Positions 23,797 through 35,561 of a DNA stretch of 64,000 bases are shown here, in pieces. Position 1 is the stretch's first letter. Each line of letters starts with the position of its first letter. The stretch covers positions 149,048,001-149,112,000 of the forward strand of contig NC_059428.1 of NCBI RefSeq assembly GCF_021028975.2, given 5' to 3'. Under the pieces are notes generated by a model. The model ran no database searches. It saw nothing but the letters and a program-made list of their open reading frames with translations, and was not told the DNA's origin. Origin of the DNA: Sphaerodactylus townsendi. Its lineage: Eukaryota. The position numbers were made by a program, and so were the translations under genes.

Positions 23797-24550
23797 CCGG
23801 CCAGAGGTGCCCGCAGAGTGGACTCCGGCCCCTGCAAAGTGCTGTTGGCCAACCAGAAAGAAAACAGCTAAAATTCTTTTGAATCGTCCTTCCAGGCCCC
23901 TCTGAGGGACCTACGGCCTAAAAGAGATTCCGATGTGGCAGCAGCAGTGCTGACCCGTAAGTTTTCCACACATGATCCCTAAAGGGATGGCACTGGATCC
24001 GTCAGAGGCCTGGGCTCAGATCACACAAGGACCAATCCTGTTCAGCTCCACAGACTATCAACAATCCACAATTTCCACAAACAATGGCTTGCCATCCAAA
24101 GACTGAGCAACGGTCTACTTGTAAGTGACATGAGCCTTTGAACTGCAAGCCACTTTTTGTGCAAATTGTGGATTGTTGAGATTCTGGTTACACAACCCCC
24201 CTTTCTCCTCTGTGTACAACACAGCTCCACTGACTAGCTTATTTGGTAGGGAATTTGTGGCGGTCCTTAACCAGTTCTGCATGGCAGGAGGGTTCACTGA
24301 GATGTGCAGTGCTTAAGCTGCAGTTGCCAAGAAGGATCTGGACCCCATCCTGTGCAGGAACCCCCTAACCCCAGCCCCCCTTGAGTGCTGAAGCGCTGCT
24401 CTGGGTTCCTATCCCAAGAACAAGAAACATGTCAGCTGGAGCCTACTCTTGCCAGGTGGCAACCAGACACTTTCTTTTTTGAAAACGTTTTGAAACCGTT
24501 CACTCGTTTGGTGCTGACCCTGCCTCCCATGTGAGAAGTGCCTATTTTAG

Positions 24551-24564
24551 AAATAAATTTATTT
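24551..24564. terminator. Bidirectional poly(A) signal shared by ZDHHC4 (+) and E4F1 (-)
   Basis: Perfect palindrome AAATAAATTTATTT: AATAAA on + at 24552-24557 and on - at 24563-24558, lying between the two convergent stop codons. Confidence 0.75.
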
Positions 24565-25047
24565 ACAAGCTAACTGTACAATGTACAATTAAAAGCTATG
24601 TGGTTACAAAAGAAATGTACAGTGTGACTTTTACATAGCACTTGGGAGGTATTCTTCCGAATAACCTGTGGCATTTTGCGGTGAAGCCTTTTGAGCCCAT
24701 CTCGAAGGTTCGTGTCCGTCACGAGGCGCTTGCGTTCCATGCCTGAAGCAGCGTAAAGGAAAGCAGGCAAATGGCCCACACACAGTGTGGCTTCTCCTTT
24801 TGCCCACGACCAAGAATAAAGTGCTTTCTTCTAGCCTTCTTTGCAACCTACCGTGGCCCGGGAGCAGAGCTCAACTGTCCAAACGCCCCCTCCCCAGAGG
24901 GCAGTGAGGGGCCTGTCGTTTCTGGTGACACCTGGTGTACAGGTGTCAAGGAGGGGCGGCCAGTTCTGAGCCTTGGCACTGTCCCATGTACCTGTTGCAA
25001 TGATATGTGGGAACAGCCCCCAGGGACTGAGCACGGACCACGGAGCC

Positions 25048-28000
25048 CTAGACTATCACCGTCTGCACCTCCAGCTCCCCCTCCTGGGAGGCGATCACGA
25101 ACTCGCCTGGGTGTTCCACAATCTCGATGTTCTCGCTCAGGGTGGCCGCCTCTGCCTCGCCGCTGCCCTCCGTCGCCAGCACCGTCCCCTCCCCCATGGC
25201 AGAAGCCAAGGTCATGGCCACCTGCTCCGTCAGGCTCTCGGGGGTGGCGATGGCAATCGTATCGGTGCTGTCGGCCGTCAGAGCGGAGCTCTCCGCCACC
25301 GTGACATTCTGCACAATTATCTGGTGGCCAGAACCGGCTTGGCTCACAATCTGCTGCACGACTTTCATGATGCGGCTGTCCACCTGGGCGAGGGAGAAGG
25401 GGAGAAGTCTTGCTCAGGGAGCCGGGAGCAGTTTGGTGTGATCTAGAGGCCTGTTCAGCATAGCATATGGTGCAGGGGTTAAGACTGGCAGATGCCTATC
25501 GAATGAGCTGGACTTGTCTCCCTGCTCCTGCACATGAACCCTGCTGGGTCGCCTTGGGCTAGTCACAGTTCCCTCTGAACCTGCTCAGCCCCGCCTGCCT
25601 CACAAGGTGTCTGTTGTGGGGAGAGGAAGGGAAAGGAGATTGTAAACTGCTTCGAGACTCCATGTGGTTGAGAAAGTGGGGAATAAATTCAGACACTAAG
25701 AACTGGGGGGTGGGCAGGTCTGAAGACCAGTGAAGGTTTCAGAGCAACAGTTTTGGGGGCTCAGCAGCTGGCTGAGAGAAATGCTGGTGGGCTCATCTCC
25801 CCTCAAAAAATTGAGGGCAGGATACGACAGCTGGCTAATCGTTATAATAGTCTTTAGCAGGTATATCTTTGAAGATAAAATGAAAAAAACAGAGTCAGAG
25901 ATTTTCCTGTCCGGCTGGATGTCACCCCTGAAAATCAGTCAGCCGTTCCCCAGTGCTGCATTTGTTGAAGAATTAAATGAACATGGAGTCTCGGAGACAA
26001 AGTCACAAGGAGGACACCCAGTAGACCACTGACCTGATGCCTCGTCCCTTCTATGATCTCTGTGGCTTCGCTGGTTTCCATGTCCTCAGTAGCTGTCTTT
26101 AAAAGAGAGAGAGAGAGAGAGAGGCGCACATGTTCAACTGGGCTTGGCTTTGCCAAACAAACTGGGGCAGCAGTTTCCACCAGGTCAGCAGCAAGCAGCT
26201 CACCATACAGGAAAGCAGAACAGCTCCAGGCTCCAGTGACCGCAGGAGCGCTTCCACTGCCAGAAGGTCCCCCCTGCTTTCCAAGGGAGGCAGGCAAAGT
26301 CCGCTGTGACTCACCAGCCAGACTTTTGGGCCGGCAGCCCAGCGTCAAATGCCTGCTCTACTGCGCCCGGTCACTTCCCCATCCCGCCTTCCTTTTCAGC
26401 TACCTCGATGATGTACTCTTGTGTGTCTGCCACAACGGATGAAAATTCCACCAAGACCGTTGGGGCCTCTTCAGCTATGACGGTAGCGGCCAAGTTGTCT
26501 GCCGACTGGCCCTCATCCGACACCACAGCCACTTCGGCCTCCTTCAGAGTGAGCAGACAGCCTCCTAGGTTGAAGCGGCAGACCCAGACAGAGCAGACCC
26601 ACAGTGAGCATTCCCGCTAAGAGGGAAACCAGCACACACAGGCTCCTGTGTCTTACCCACAGATCCTAGCTCAGGGTGATCAATGTTTCCAGCTGGACAA
26701 TGTACTAGAGAAGGCCTGAAGCCTCGGCTGGTTTGGGAAGGCCTCTTCGTTTTGGAAGGCAGGGGACACAAGCGGCTTCGCTTGGGCCTCCACCAGTTTG
26801 GCGGGAGCCAAGAGGCACAACCAGCTATCTGTGACTCACCTTTGGTCCTCAGGTGCCTGTTGAGGGTGCCGTGCTCCGCAAAGCCCCGGCCACATTTGTA
26901 GCACTTGAAGGGCTTCTCGCCCGTGTGGTGGCGCAGGTGGCGCACCAAGGAGCCCTTTTCCCGAAAGCCCTGGTCGCAGAAGTGGCAGACGTACGGCTTA
27001 TCGTCCAGATGTGTCCGGAAGTGGACCTGCTGAGCGTTCTGTTCGGGAGAAGGAACAAGTGGAGGCTTCAGGCACTGAAGACACCGAGTTACTGTTAATT
27101 AATGCCGACGTTCAGCTCCCGCCAACCACCCAGGGGGAGCCGGGACTCTGAGTTCCTTGAAAGCCCCAAGCGCCAATTCACGCCTGTGCTACCTCCACAA
27201 GCTCCCTTCTCAGGGGTGCCAAGATAGCCTGGCCCTGTTGTGGGGAAACACCTGCTCCTAACTTGCAGCGCTTCTGCGGAGCAGATCCAGTGGCCGGCTG
27301 CCGTCGGACCAGGCAGGGCTGAGCTGGGAGCCGATCAGAAGCCCCCCACCCACAGCAGAAAGGCCACTTCCTACCTTGGTCTTGTACCTCTTGCCACACT
27401 TGGGGCAAGGGTAGGGCCGCTCCTCGGAGTGGACCCGCCGGTGCCCCTTGACGTGGGCGATGGTCTTGTACAGCTTGCCGCACTCCCCGCAGCAGAACCG
27501 CCGCTCGTTGACGTGCACCTCCTGGTGCTTCTTCAACAGGTAGCCCTTTGTGAACTCCTTGCCACACTCCTCACACTTGAAGGGTTTGCAGTCTGGAGGG
27601 AGATGGGAAATTAGGCAAGGAGGGGCCCCCAAAGGAGGCGGGACTTCACACGTCCCTGGAGAGCAGCAGGAAGAGGTCAGGAAAGGCATCTGTCGCATCC
27701 AATTCCTGCTCAGGGGTGATGGCAGAGCTCTCCGGCTTCACATGCCCCACTGTGGACACACCCAGTAGGACTCTGCCTTTCTACAGGGACTGTGCACCGC
27801 CAATCCAGACAGCCTCTGGGGGGAGACGCCAGCCAGACACTCCTCCCTCAAGCTCACATGAAAATACAGTAATAAAGGCACTGCAAGAGAACGTTGCCAT
27901 TAAAAGAGGGCCGGGGCAGCAGTGAGGCGTTTAGCTGCAGGAGCTGTCCAAGGTCATGGCCCTCCCTCTCTGCAGAAGAAATTATGCTCGGCATCCTGTG

Positions 28001-31000
28001 AGGGAGGAGTTTCAGCATCTACGTGTTTGCAGAGCTAACACTGTGGCTCCCATCAGGTGGAAAGAGGGACTTCCGTGGCTTTGCCCGCGTGGCCTCTGTG
28101 CAAGGGGCCCCCTTACCTAGGTGTCCGCTGACATGCACGTCAAGGGCCCTGGGCTCCGGAAAGACTTCGCTGCAGTAGGGGCACGCGTGCTGCTCGCTTC
28201 CGTCTGTCGTCTTGGTGTCTGGCTGTGAAAGAGAGAGAGAACCCCACTCTAGCATCTCACCTGCGTATCGTTTGGCGCACTATACTCCCGAGCCAGGAGA
28301 GGTTGTGTGAGAAGCAGGGGACCGCTCTGCCCCCCCTCCCCCCCCCCGGGCTGCCTCATTTCCTGGAAACGAGGAGAATTCAGTGTCACCCGGGGAAAAA
28401 AGCTGCAGGGAATATCTTACCCCCTCTACCTGCTCTTCATACTCTTCCTCACACTGCTTCTCCGGGACGTCCACCTCTTTGCAGTCTGACTCCAGGGGTG
28501 CAGTAGCTCCACCTGCGCCACCATCGCATTTGGTCACCTCCTCCATGGACACGCGCCCTATTACAATCCCAGAATCCCTCATGGCTTCTCGCAGCAAGTT
28601 CTCATGGTCCTCTCCCTCAGGGGACAGCTCCTCTGGACTGGAAGACTAAGGACAAAGCAGTCTGTTTTCACAACTTGCAGCAGAGTCCCCCCCCCCCACT
28701 TTTCTCTCCAGCTGTGCTTGTCTCAAAGCCCACCCCTGGAGGCCAGCCTCTTTCCAGATACGCAGAGGCCTCTCAAGGCAGCTCCTACCTCTTGGTCCAC
28801 CAATTTGGCCTCTGTGGTGGAGATCTCCTGCATCTGGACGTGGACTTCGTGAAGGACGTTCCCTTTGGCGATTGATCCATGAGAAGCCCAGGATAACAGG
28901 TAAAGGGAGATCAAGGGACTGAGCTGCGGCCGAGAAGAAACAACCCTGAGAGTGTTGAAGCTGCCAGGAACTTCCAGGAGAGCCACACGCTGCTCAGTGG
29001 GCACTGAGCAGTCAGGTCCCGTGGGACAAGGCCCAAATGTCCTCCCCCCCCCCCCCGTGGGAACTCTGGGGTGGCTCCTCATGCCCACTGCTTGCTCAGG
29101 AGCACTGCCAAAGCCTCCAGCAGTAGGCAAGAGTTCTTTACAGTGCTTCCCAAACATCCTTTGTAATCTGCATAACAACCCTGCAAGATAGGCCCCGCAG
29201 CCTTCCTCCTGAGAGCTGCTCTTTACCGTATCAGGAGGGCCGTGGGAGGGGGCCAACCACAGGCAAGGCAGGGATGACTCCATGCTCGTGGGAGAGACTC
29301 CCCAGGTACATTTTTTTTAAAGGAGGTGGGTCACCAGCATCATTAGCCCCCCGTGGACCAGGAAAACAGCTCTGACCACCGGCCATCAGTTTCGACGCTG
29401 TTTCTGAACAGAAGGGGAAACACCCCCAGCCCGGCCACTGACCTGGGGCTACGTCCGCTTTGCTGACGACAATTTCTTTGTTCACGTTGAAGCGGATTTT
29501 CTCTGTGCAGGGAGTCAGAGATTTCAGGTGCCGAGTCAAGGCCCCCGACTCACGGAAGCTTTTCCCGCACTTCTTGCACTTGTATGGCCGCTCATCTGGA
29601 CAGGTTGAGACAGTGAGAGTTACGCCACGCTGAAAGGTCTCTGTTCTCCACAGATGCATTTGGCACAAGGGCCATCACCGTGTCGGGACGGGTAGGACGC
29701 AGGGCCATGCTTCACGGCCAGCAAATGAACAGGGCCAGTTGCCACAAACAGGTCGTCAAAGCCGTTTGGTTAAGGCCACTCTAGTGACGTGACTCTCAGA
29801 GCTCAATAACCAATCTCTGCCCCCCCCGGATCTTGCTTTTAACTCTCACTGGCCCCTCTGACTCCCACCACCACAGGACGGCACACCTGTCCCCTGATGT
29901 TATAACCCATCCCCTCACCTGTATGGCGGCGATGATGGCGGATGAGTGACCCCTTTGTCCTGAAGGACGTCCCACACAGCTTGCATTCGTAGTCTTTTCT
30001 GCTGCTGTGAGTGATCATGTGGGCTTTGAGAATGCTGGCCTAGTGGGAGAGGAGGAATCTCTTTTTCAGAGGCAGCGACACACAGGGTGCAAGCATTACG
30101 CTCTGCCGTCAAGGAACTAATCCCCAAGAACAAACTCTGCATAGGAGCCAGTAACAATACTTAACAGACACAGACCCCCAAGGAGAGGAAGGATGGAGAA
30201 CGCCAGGAGGGCTGGTAGCATTTAATCAAGGACCGATTTGCACGTTGTGCTGTTCAGCCCTTACGTACCGTTTTAAATGTTTTGTGGCAGAGTTCGCACA
30301 CATATCGTCCTTCTTGGTTAACCAGCAGTTTAACTTTGACGAGTTCCACAGAAGCCCCTTCTACGTCTTCAGGGCTCTCCTGCTCCTCTTCAGCAACGTC
30401 GCCATCAATGTGGCCGTTGGGGTTTTCAAAGACGTGGTCACCAACGACAATCACTTCCTTGATGTGCCCGCTGCCTGCAAAGGGTGATGGCAGGACACTT
30501 ACAACCTTAGCAGCAGCCCACCTGGCCAAAACCAGCCTCTCTTTGGCTTCAGCATACCGGCAAAGACAACTGTGGATTGGCAAGACAATGACCAGCGCAG
30601 GAAACTTCAAGGGGATCCAGAGCAGGGATAGTGGGCCAGGTACCTCCCCATATGTGTCAGCCAGATGAGTTAAAATATTTGAGAACTTTGCAGCCAATAG
30701 CCCCGTAAGGCTTTTAAAACAAGCTCTAAATGCCTTAGATTTTCCTCAAAATGAAGACACTCAGATCCCTGGTTTATCTTGACTGCTCTTTTCCTGTACA
30801 TTTCGTAGTTCTAAAATAGTCACTTTGCAGTAGGGGTGACCAAAACTTCAATGCAATTACTCTCATAAAAAGGCATCGTAATATCAGACATCATAATACC
30901 TTGCTTACCTGCCCGTTCTCTAACACTGAGCTATGCCTACATAGCACGTAAACATTTTCACTGTCGTAGATCTTTCTTGGATAATCAGTGTATATGCTTT

Positions 31001-33574
31001 GTGGTGGTGGTGGGATGGACATCTTTTTATATGTTTATGTAGAACCTTACGGGTAATTTTGTTTCTTCCAGCATGGAAGCGTTCTCCTAGAACTGTCCAT
31101 CTACTCCACATTGAATAATTTGATGTCATCCACAAATTCGGCCGACTTACAGATAACAAAGTAAACAACAGCAACCCCATAGATACCCTGGTCAGGTCTC
31201 TCTGCGGACTGCCCTCTGTTCTGAAAACTTTCCTTCTAGTCCCCTCTTCCACTTCAGTCCTGTACCACCCTCTTCCATCCCCGTCTCCACAGCCGTGCTT
31301 GTGCCTGGGCCCCCACTGGGGAACTCTGTCAGAAGTTTTCTGGAAACCCAAGTCTGCAGCTGCTAACTGGATGGACAGTCACAGCAGCAGCCTTTGCCGC
31401 AAGCTCACCTAGGATTGCAGATGCGCTGCTGATCTCTTCTGTAATGGGAGAAGCTTCCACAACTATGTGAGCCACAGTTATGGGCTCTTCTGCTGACGAG
31501 GCCACCTGAGGCAAGAAACGGGGTTTCAGTGAGGAAAGCGAGATCCTGGGGGCAGCGGCTCAAAGGGACTGACCGACAGCTTCCAGATCTAAACTGCAGC
31601 CCTCTTCAACCACAGCTGGCCCTACTGGCTACTCAACTGCCACTCTGTGCGTTCACTCAGACAGTCAAACACTTTGTTTTTCTGCCCCTGGGGAAGGCAG
31701 AGCAACCTATAGCATCGCTTCCTGTTCCTCCATTTTATCCTCACAGCCAAGAAGGGGAAGGTGAGGAGCTTCCACGGCAAAATGAGGATCCAAGCCTGGG
31801 CCTTGAGGACCCAGGGGGGATACAAATCGAAACTCTTCTTCTTTTTCTTTCTACCACATTGACTCTCATCTCTACTCAGGGTTGTATCAAAGACTTCGCC
31901 ATCCCCACAGTCAACGTTTGGCAGTGTGGTGTAGTGATTACAACATGGAGGATCCAGGTCTGAATGTCACTCTATTGTGGAAGCTAACTGGGCGACCTTG
32001 GGCCAGTCATCCTGCCTCAGCTTAATCTACCTCGCAGGGCTGTTGTGAGAATAAAGGGGAAGGGGGGAAGAATGTTATAGGATCCTTTAACTGAACACAT
32101 TTGAATGATAATGTGCTACTCCTCTGGGTGTGACTATATGTTCCTATCGCAGCACCAAGGAGCCCAGAGAAGCCCCCCCCTATCCACTCCCAACCTTAGA
32201 GAACTTGCCGGGGCTGCTGCTGCTGCTGCTGCAGTCGTCTCTTGGGACCTCTGGCAAAGCTTCTGCAACTTGTGCTGGACGAATTCCTCCAAAGAGGTGA
32301 ACTCGGACTGGCAGCGGCCACACTTGTGCCGGTCGTCTTCATCTGAAATCCAGAGGGCAAGAAAATTGCGGTCTCACCTTGGGAAGACAAGACTGAGCCA
32401 GGGAGATTTCAGCGACGCACAGCAGCTCGGAAAAGTTGCGTGGGGGTTCTGACTTTCATCCAGGGGCCGTACAAAGCTGCCGAGCCAAAGCACGGGCCTC
32501 TGTTGCTCTGACCTGCAGCAGCGCTGGAGAGACCCCCATGCAGCTACCCACGGCCCTTTTCAGCTGGAGTTGCTTCAGCCTTTACACAAGGCCACCAGCT
32601 CACCCCTGGCAGGAAGCAAAGGTCACCAGCTCCAGGTTAGAGAACTTAAAGAAGGGCTGGGGAGGACCTCATTGGGGTACAAAGCCATAGAATCCACCCT
32701 CCAGAACAGCCGCTTCCACAAGGGGAATGTGGGTCGCTGTAGTCTGGAAAAGGAGCAGCAGTTCCAGGAGAGTTGCTGGCCCCACCTGGCAATTCTACCT
32801 GTCAGCACAAGCCAGGCAGGTGGGCTAAGCGGGTTAACACTGAAAGCAGAAGTTGGACGCAGGGGGTTGATTTTATTGCCGCTGTTGAAACGCACAACCC
32901 GCAGGCTGAGATCCCCCTTTGCAGGGCTTTAGGGGGAGGGGATTTGTGTGTGGAAAATGCATCCTGAGGGGGTGGGTGGAGGCTCCCAGGGGGTCTTGAC
33001 CCCCGTCACTGCTTCCCTCTGGCAGGCAAGCGACGCTCCACCGGTTGGACTTCTGCTCGGAAAGGCTCCCTTGCTGAGTCATTGTCTCAGTGGTGCAGGA
33101 GGGCCCGGACCCCCGAGACTTGCCCTGTCGGTCAGCACTGATCTCGCCCTGGCACGGAGGCAAAGCTGTGACGGGTCGGGGAGCGGCTGGAGCCACCACC
33201 GGCAAGGCCCCGCAGGAGGGGCTCAGCAGCTCCGCCTTTCAATACGGGGCACCGGCCCGACACTCCTGCACCCTGCGGGCAGACGAGGAGGGGCCGGGAA
33301 CCAGGCCTGCAGGGGCCGCCTTGCCGGCTCCCCCCGCCCCGCCTCTCCCCGGCTATGCCGTCACCTACGGATCCACCGGCCCCTCCTTCCCCCCCGGCCG
33401 CCCCCTCCCCCCCGGCTGGCTACCTTCCTCCTCGAAAGGCGCCGGGAGGCTGAGGAAGGCGGCAGCGGGCGGCGGCCCCGGGCTGCAGGCCGCCCCCGCC
33501 GCGCGCTCCACTCCCCGTGGCTCAGCTGCCGTAAGCCCCGCCGGCCCAGCGCTCGTTGCCATCGCGGCCTCCAT
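25048..33574 (-). CDS. E4F1: E4F transcription factor 1 (C2H2 zinc finger, ~783 aa, 14 exons)
   Basis: Exons 33574-33424, 32342-32209 (donor uncertain), 31505-31409, 30474-30269, 30039-29919, 29595-29443, 28970-28789 (locally garbled), 28645-28421, 28222-28117, 27592-27375, 27038-26840, 26564-26404, 26096-26034 and 25383-25048. Motifs EEPITVAHIVVEA, GALTRHLKSLTPCTEKIRF, multiple C2H2 fingers and C-terminal EVQTVIV*. Confidence 0.95.
25456..25687 (+). mobile_element. CORE SINE (Squam3-like) in the last E4F1 intron
   Basis: ctgctgggtcgccttgggctagtcacag...cctcacaaggtgtctgttgtgggg...ggagattgtaa. Confidence 0.8.
31921..32065 (+). mobile_element. Older CORE SINE
   Basis: cagtgtggtgtagtg head and ctgggcgaccttgggccagtca...cctcagc core. 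Confidence 0.65.
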
Positions 33575-34139
33575 GTCGCAAGGCGCCGCAACCCCCAAGA
33601 TGGCGGCTTTACGGCCGTGTCGTCATAACAACGAGCCCCGCGCCGCGGAGGGATTGTCCCCTCGGGTGGGCGGCGCCTGCACTAGCGGTGGGCGGGGCCA
33701 AGGGCAGCCAATGGCTGAGTCGGGGCCGGCCCCTCCCATCCGCCGGCCCCCATACACGAGGAAATGTCAGTGCAGAGGGCGGAGCCGGCGGCGCCGATGA
33801 CAGGCGCGGCAAGGGCGGGACGACACCCTAAGCTCCGTTCTGGCTTAGCCAATAAGGTTGAGGCGGAGAACCAGCTGGCCCAATCGGAACGCGCCGGCGC
33901 TCCATGTCACCCAATGAGCGGCCGAGGCGGTCGGGACCACCTGGAGGCTCAGCGGCATTTAAGAGACGGCCTCCGAGTCTCCTTGAAGACGGGCGGGGGC
34001 GGGGCCGGCGCGCCTCCTCCGCCCAATGAGGGCGAGGCTGCCCGCTTTCAGCCAATGGGCGTTGGCGGAGGGGGGGAGCGCGCCTTGCGTTGCGCTTCCT
34101 TCCTTCCCCTCCGGAAGCCGCGCGCAGGTTCCCGTCGGG
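33575..34139. promoter_or_regulatory. Bidirectional CpG-island promoter of E4F1 and PGP
   Basis: 565 bp separate the head-to-head ATGs. YY1 motif caagatggcggc at 33596-33607, six same-strand CCAAT boxes (33708, 33849, 33880, 33911, 34023, 34052) and several GC boxes. Confidence 0.88.
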
Positions 34140-35561
34140 ATGGCGTCGGCGGCGGAGAAGCGGTGCGAGCGGCTGGAGGAGGCGTCGGCGCGTGCGGTGC
34201 TGGCGGGGGCGGACGCGGTGCTCTTCGACTGCGACGGCGTGCTGTGGCGGGGCGAGGCGGCGGTGCCGGGGGCGCCGGAGACGCTGCGCCTGCTGGAGGC
34301 CGCCGGGCCGGAGGGGAAGCGCCTCTGCTACGTCACCAACAACTCCTCGCGCACGCGCCTGGCCTACACGGAGAAGCTGAAGCGCCTGGGGTTCCCGCCG
34401 GCCGCGCCGCGCCAGGTCTTCGGCTCTGCCCACTGCGCCGCGCGCTACCTGAGCCACGCCCTCCCGCCGGGGGGCTCCGCCTACGTGCTGGGCGGGGCCG
34501 CGCTGAGCACCGAGCTGCAGGCGGCGGGCGTGGCCCACCTGGGCGTCGGCCCCGCCCCCCCGCCCGACTCCGCCCACTTCGGCTCGCGCGCCCCCCTTGA
34601 CGCGGACGTGCGCGCCGTGCTGGTGGGGTACGACGAGCACTTCAGCTACGGCAAGCTCTGCCTGGCCCTGCGCTACCTGCTGCGCGGAGACTGCCTCCTG
34701 GCCGCCACCAACCGGGACCACCGCCTGCCGCTGGAGGGGGGCAGCGCCGTGCCCGGTGAGCGGGGGGACCCCTGCAGGTTTGGGTGGGGGTGGGCTTTGG
34801 AATAGGCCAGGTGTAAGGTATTTCCAACACATGAAGCCTGCTGGGTGACCTTGGGCTAGTCCCAGTTCTTCAGAGCTCTCTCAGCCCGACCCACCTCACA
34901 GGGTGGTGGTTGTGTATGGGAGGGGAGGGAAAGGAGATTGTCAGCCCCTTTGAGTCACCTTACAGGAGAGAAAGGGGGGTATAAATCCAAACTCTTCATC
35001 TTCTAGGACAATGATCCCCAACATGGTGGCCGTGGGCACCTATGGACACTTCGTCAGTGCCGACACCCGTGTTTAGAAAAATAGTCGGGGGCTTTTGTAT
35101 TTTCTAGCCTGACACGTGTTACAGGACACAAGTTGCTTTTTTCTGCAGCTGACTGCAAAGAGTTCCTACTCCAGACAATAATTGAGACAATGGAGCCGCC
35201 TTCCGCTTTCTGAGCCTCTCCCCTTCTGTCCTCAGGAACCGGCTGCCTCGTCAAAGCAGTGGAGACCGCGGCGGAGCGCGAGGCATTCATCATTGGCAAG
35301 CCCAGCCAGTACATGTTTGAGTGCGTGGCCAGCGAGTTCGACATCGACCCTGCCCGCACCATCATGGTGGGCGACCGCCTGGACACAGACATCCTCATGG
35401 GGAACAACTGCGGCCTGACGACTCTGCTCACCCTCACGGGGGTCAGCACCCTGGAGGAAGTCCAAGGGCACATGGAAAGCGACTGCCCTGAGAGGAAGAA
35501 GCTGGTTCCTGACTACTATGTCGACAGCATCGCTGATCTCCTTCCTGCTCTGAAGGCTTAA
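34140..35561 (+). CDS. PGP: Phosphoglycolate / glycerol-3-phosphate phosphatase (HAD IIA, 313 aa, 2 exons)
   Basis: Exons 34140-34755 and 35236-35561. HAD motif [10 protein letters not shown], plus TNNS, IGKPS and motif [12 protein letters not shown]. Confidence 0.97.
34829..35003 (+). mobile_element. 5'-truncated CORE SINE (Squam3-like) in the PGP intron
   Basis: gctgggtgaccttgggctagt...ggagattgtcagcccctttgagtc...ataaatccaaactcttc. Confidence 0.85.

Noticed and set aside
32948-34832. Long alternative-frame and antisense ORFs over E4F1 exon 1 and PGP exon 1
   Set aside because: GC-rich shadow ORFs of real exons and the CpG island.
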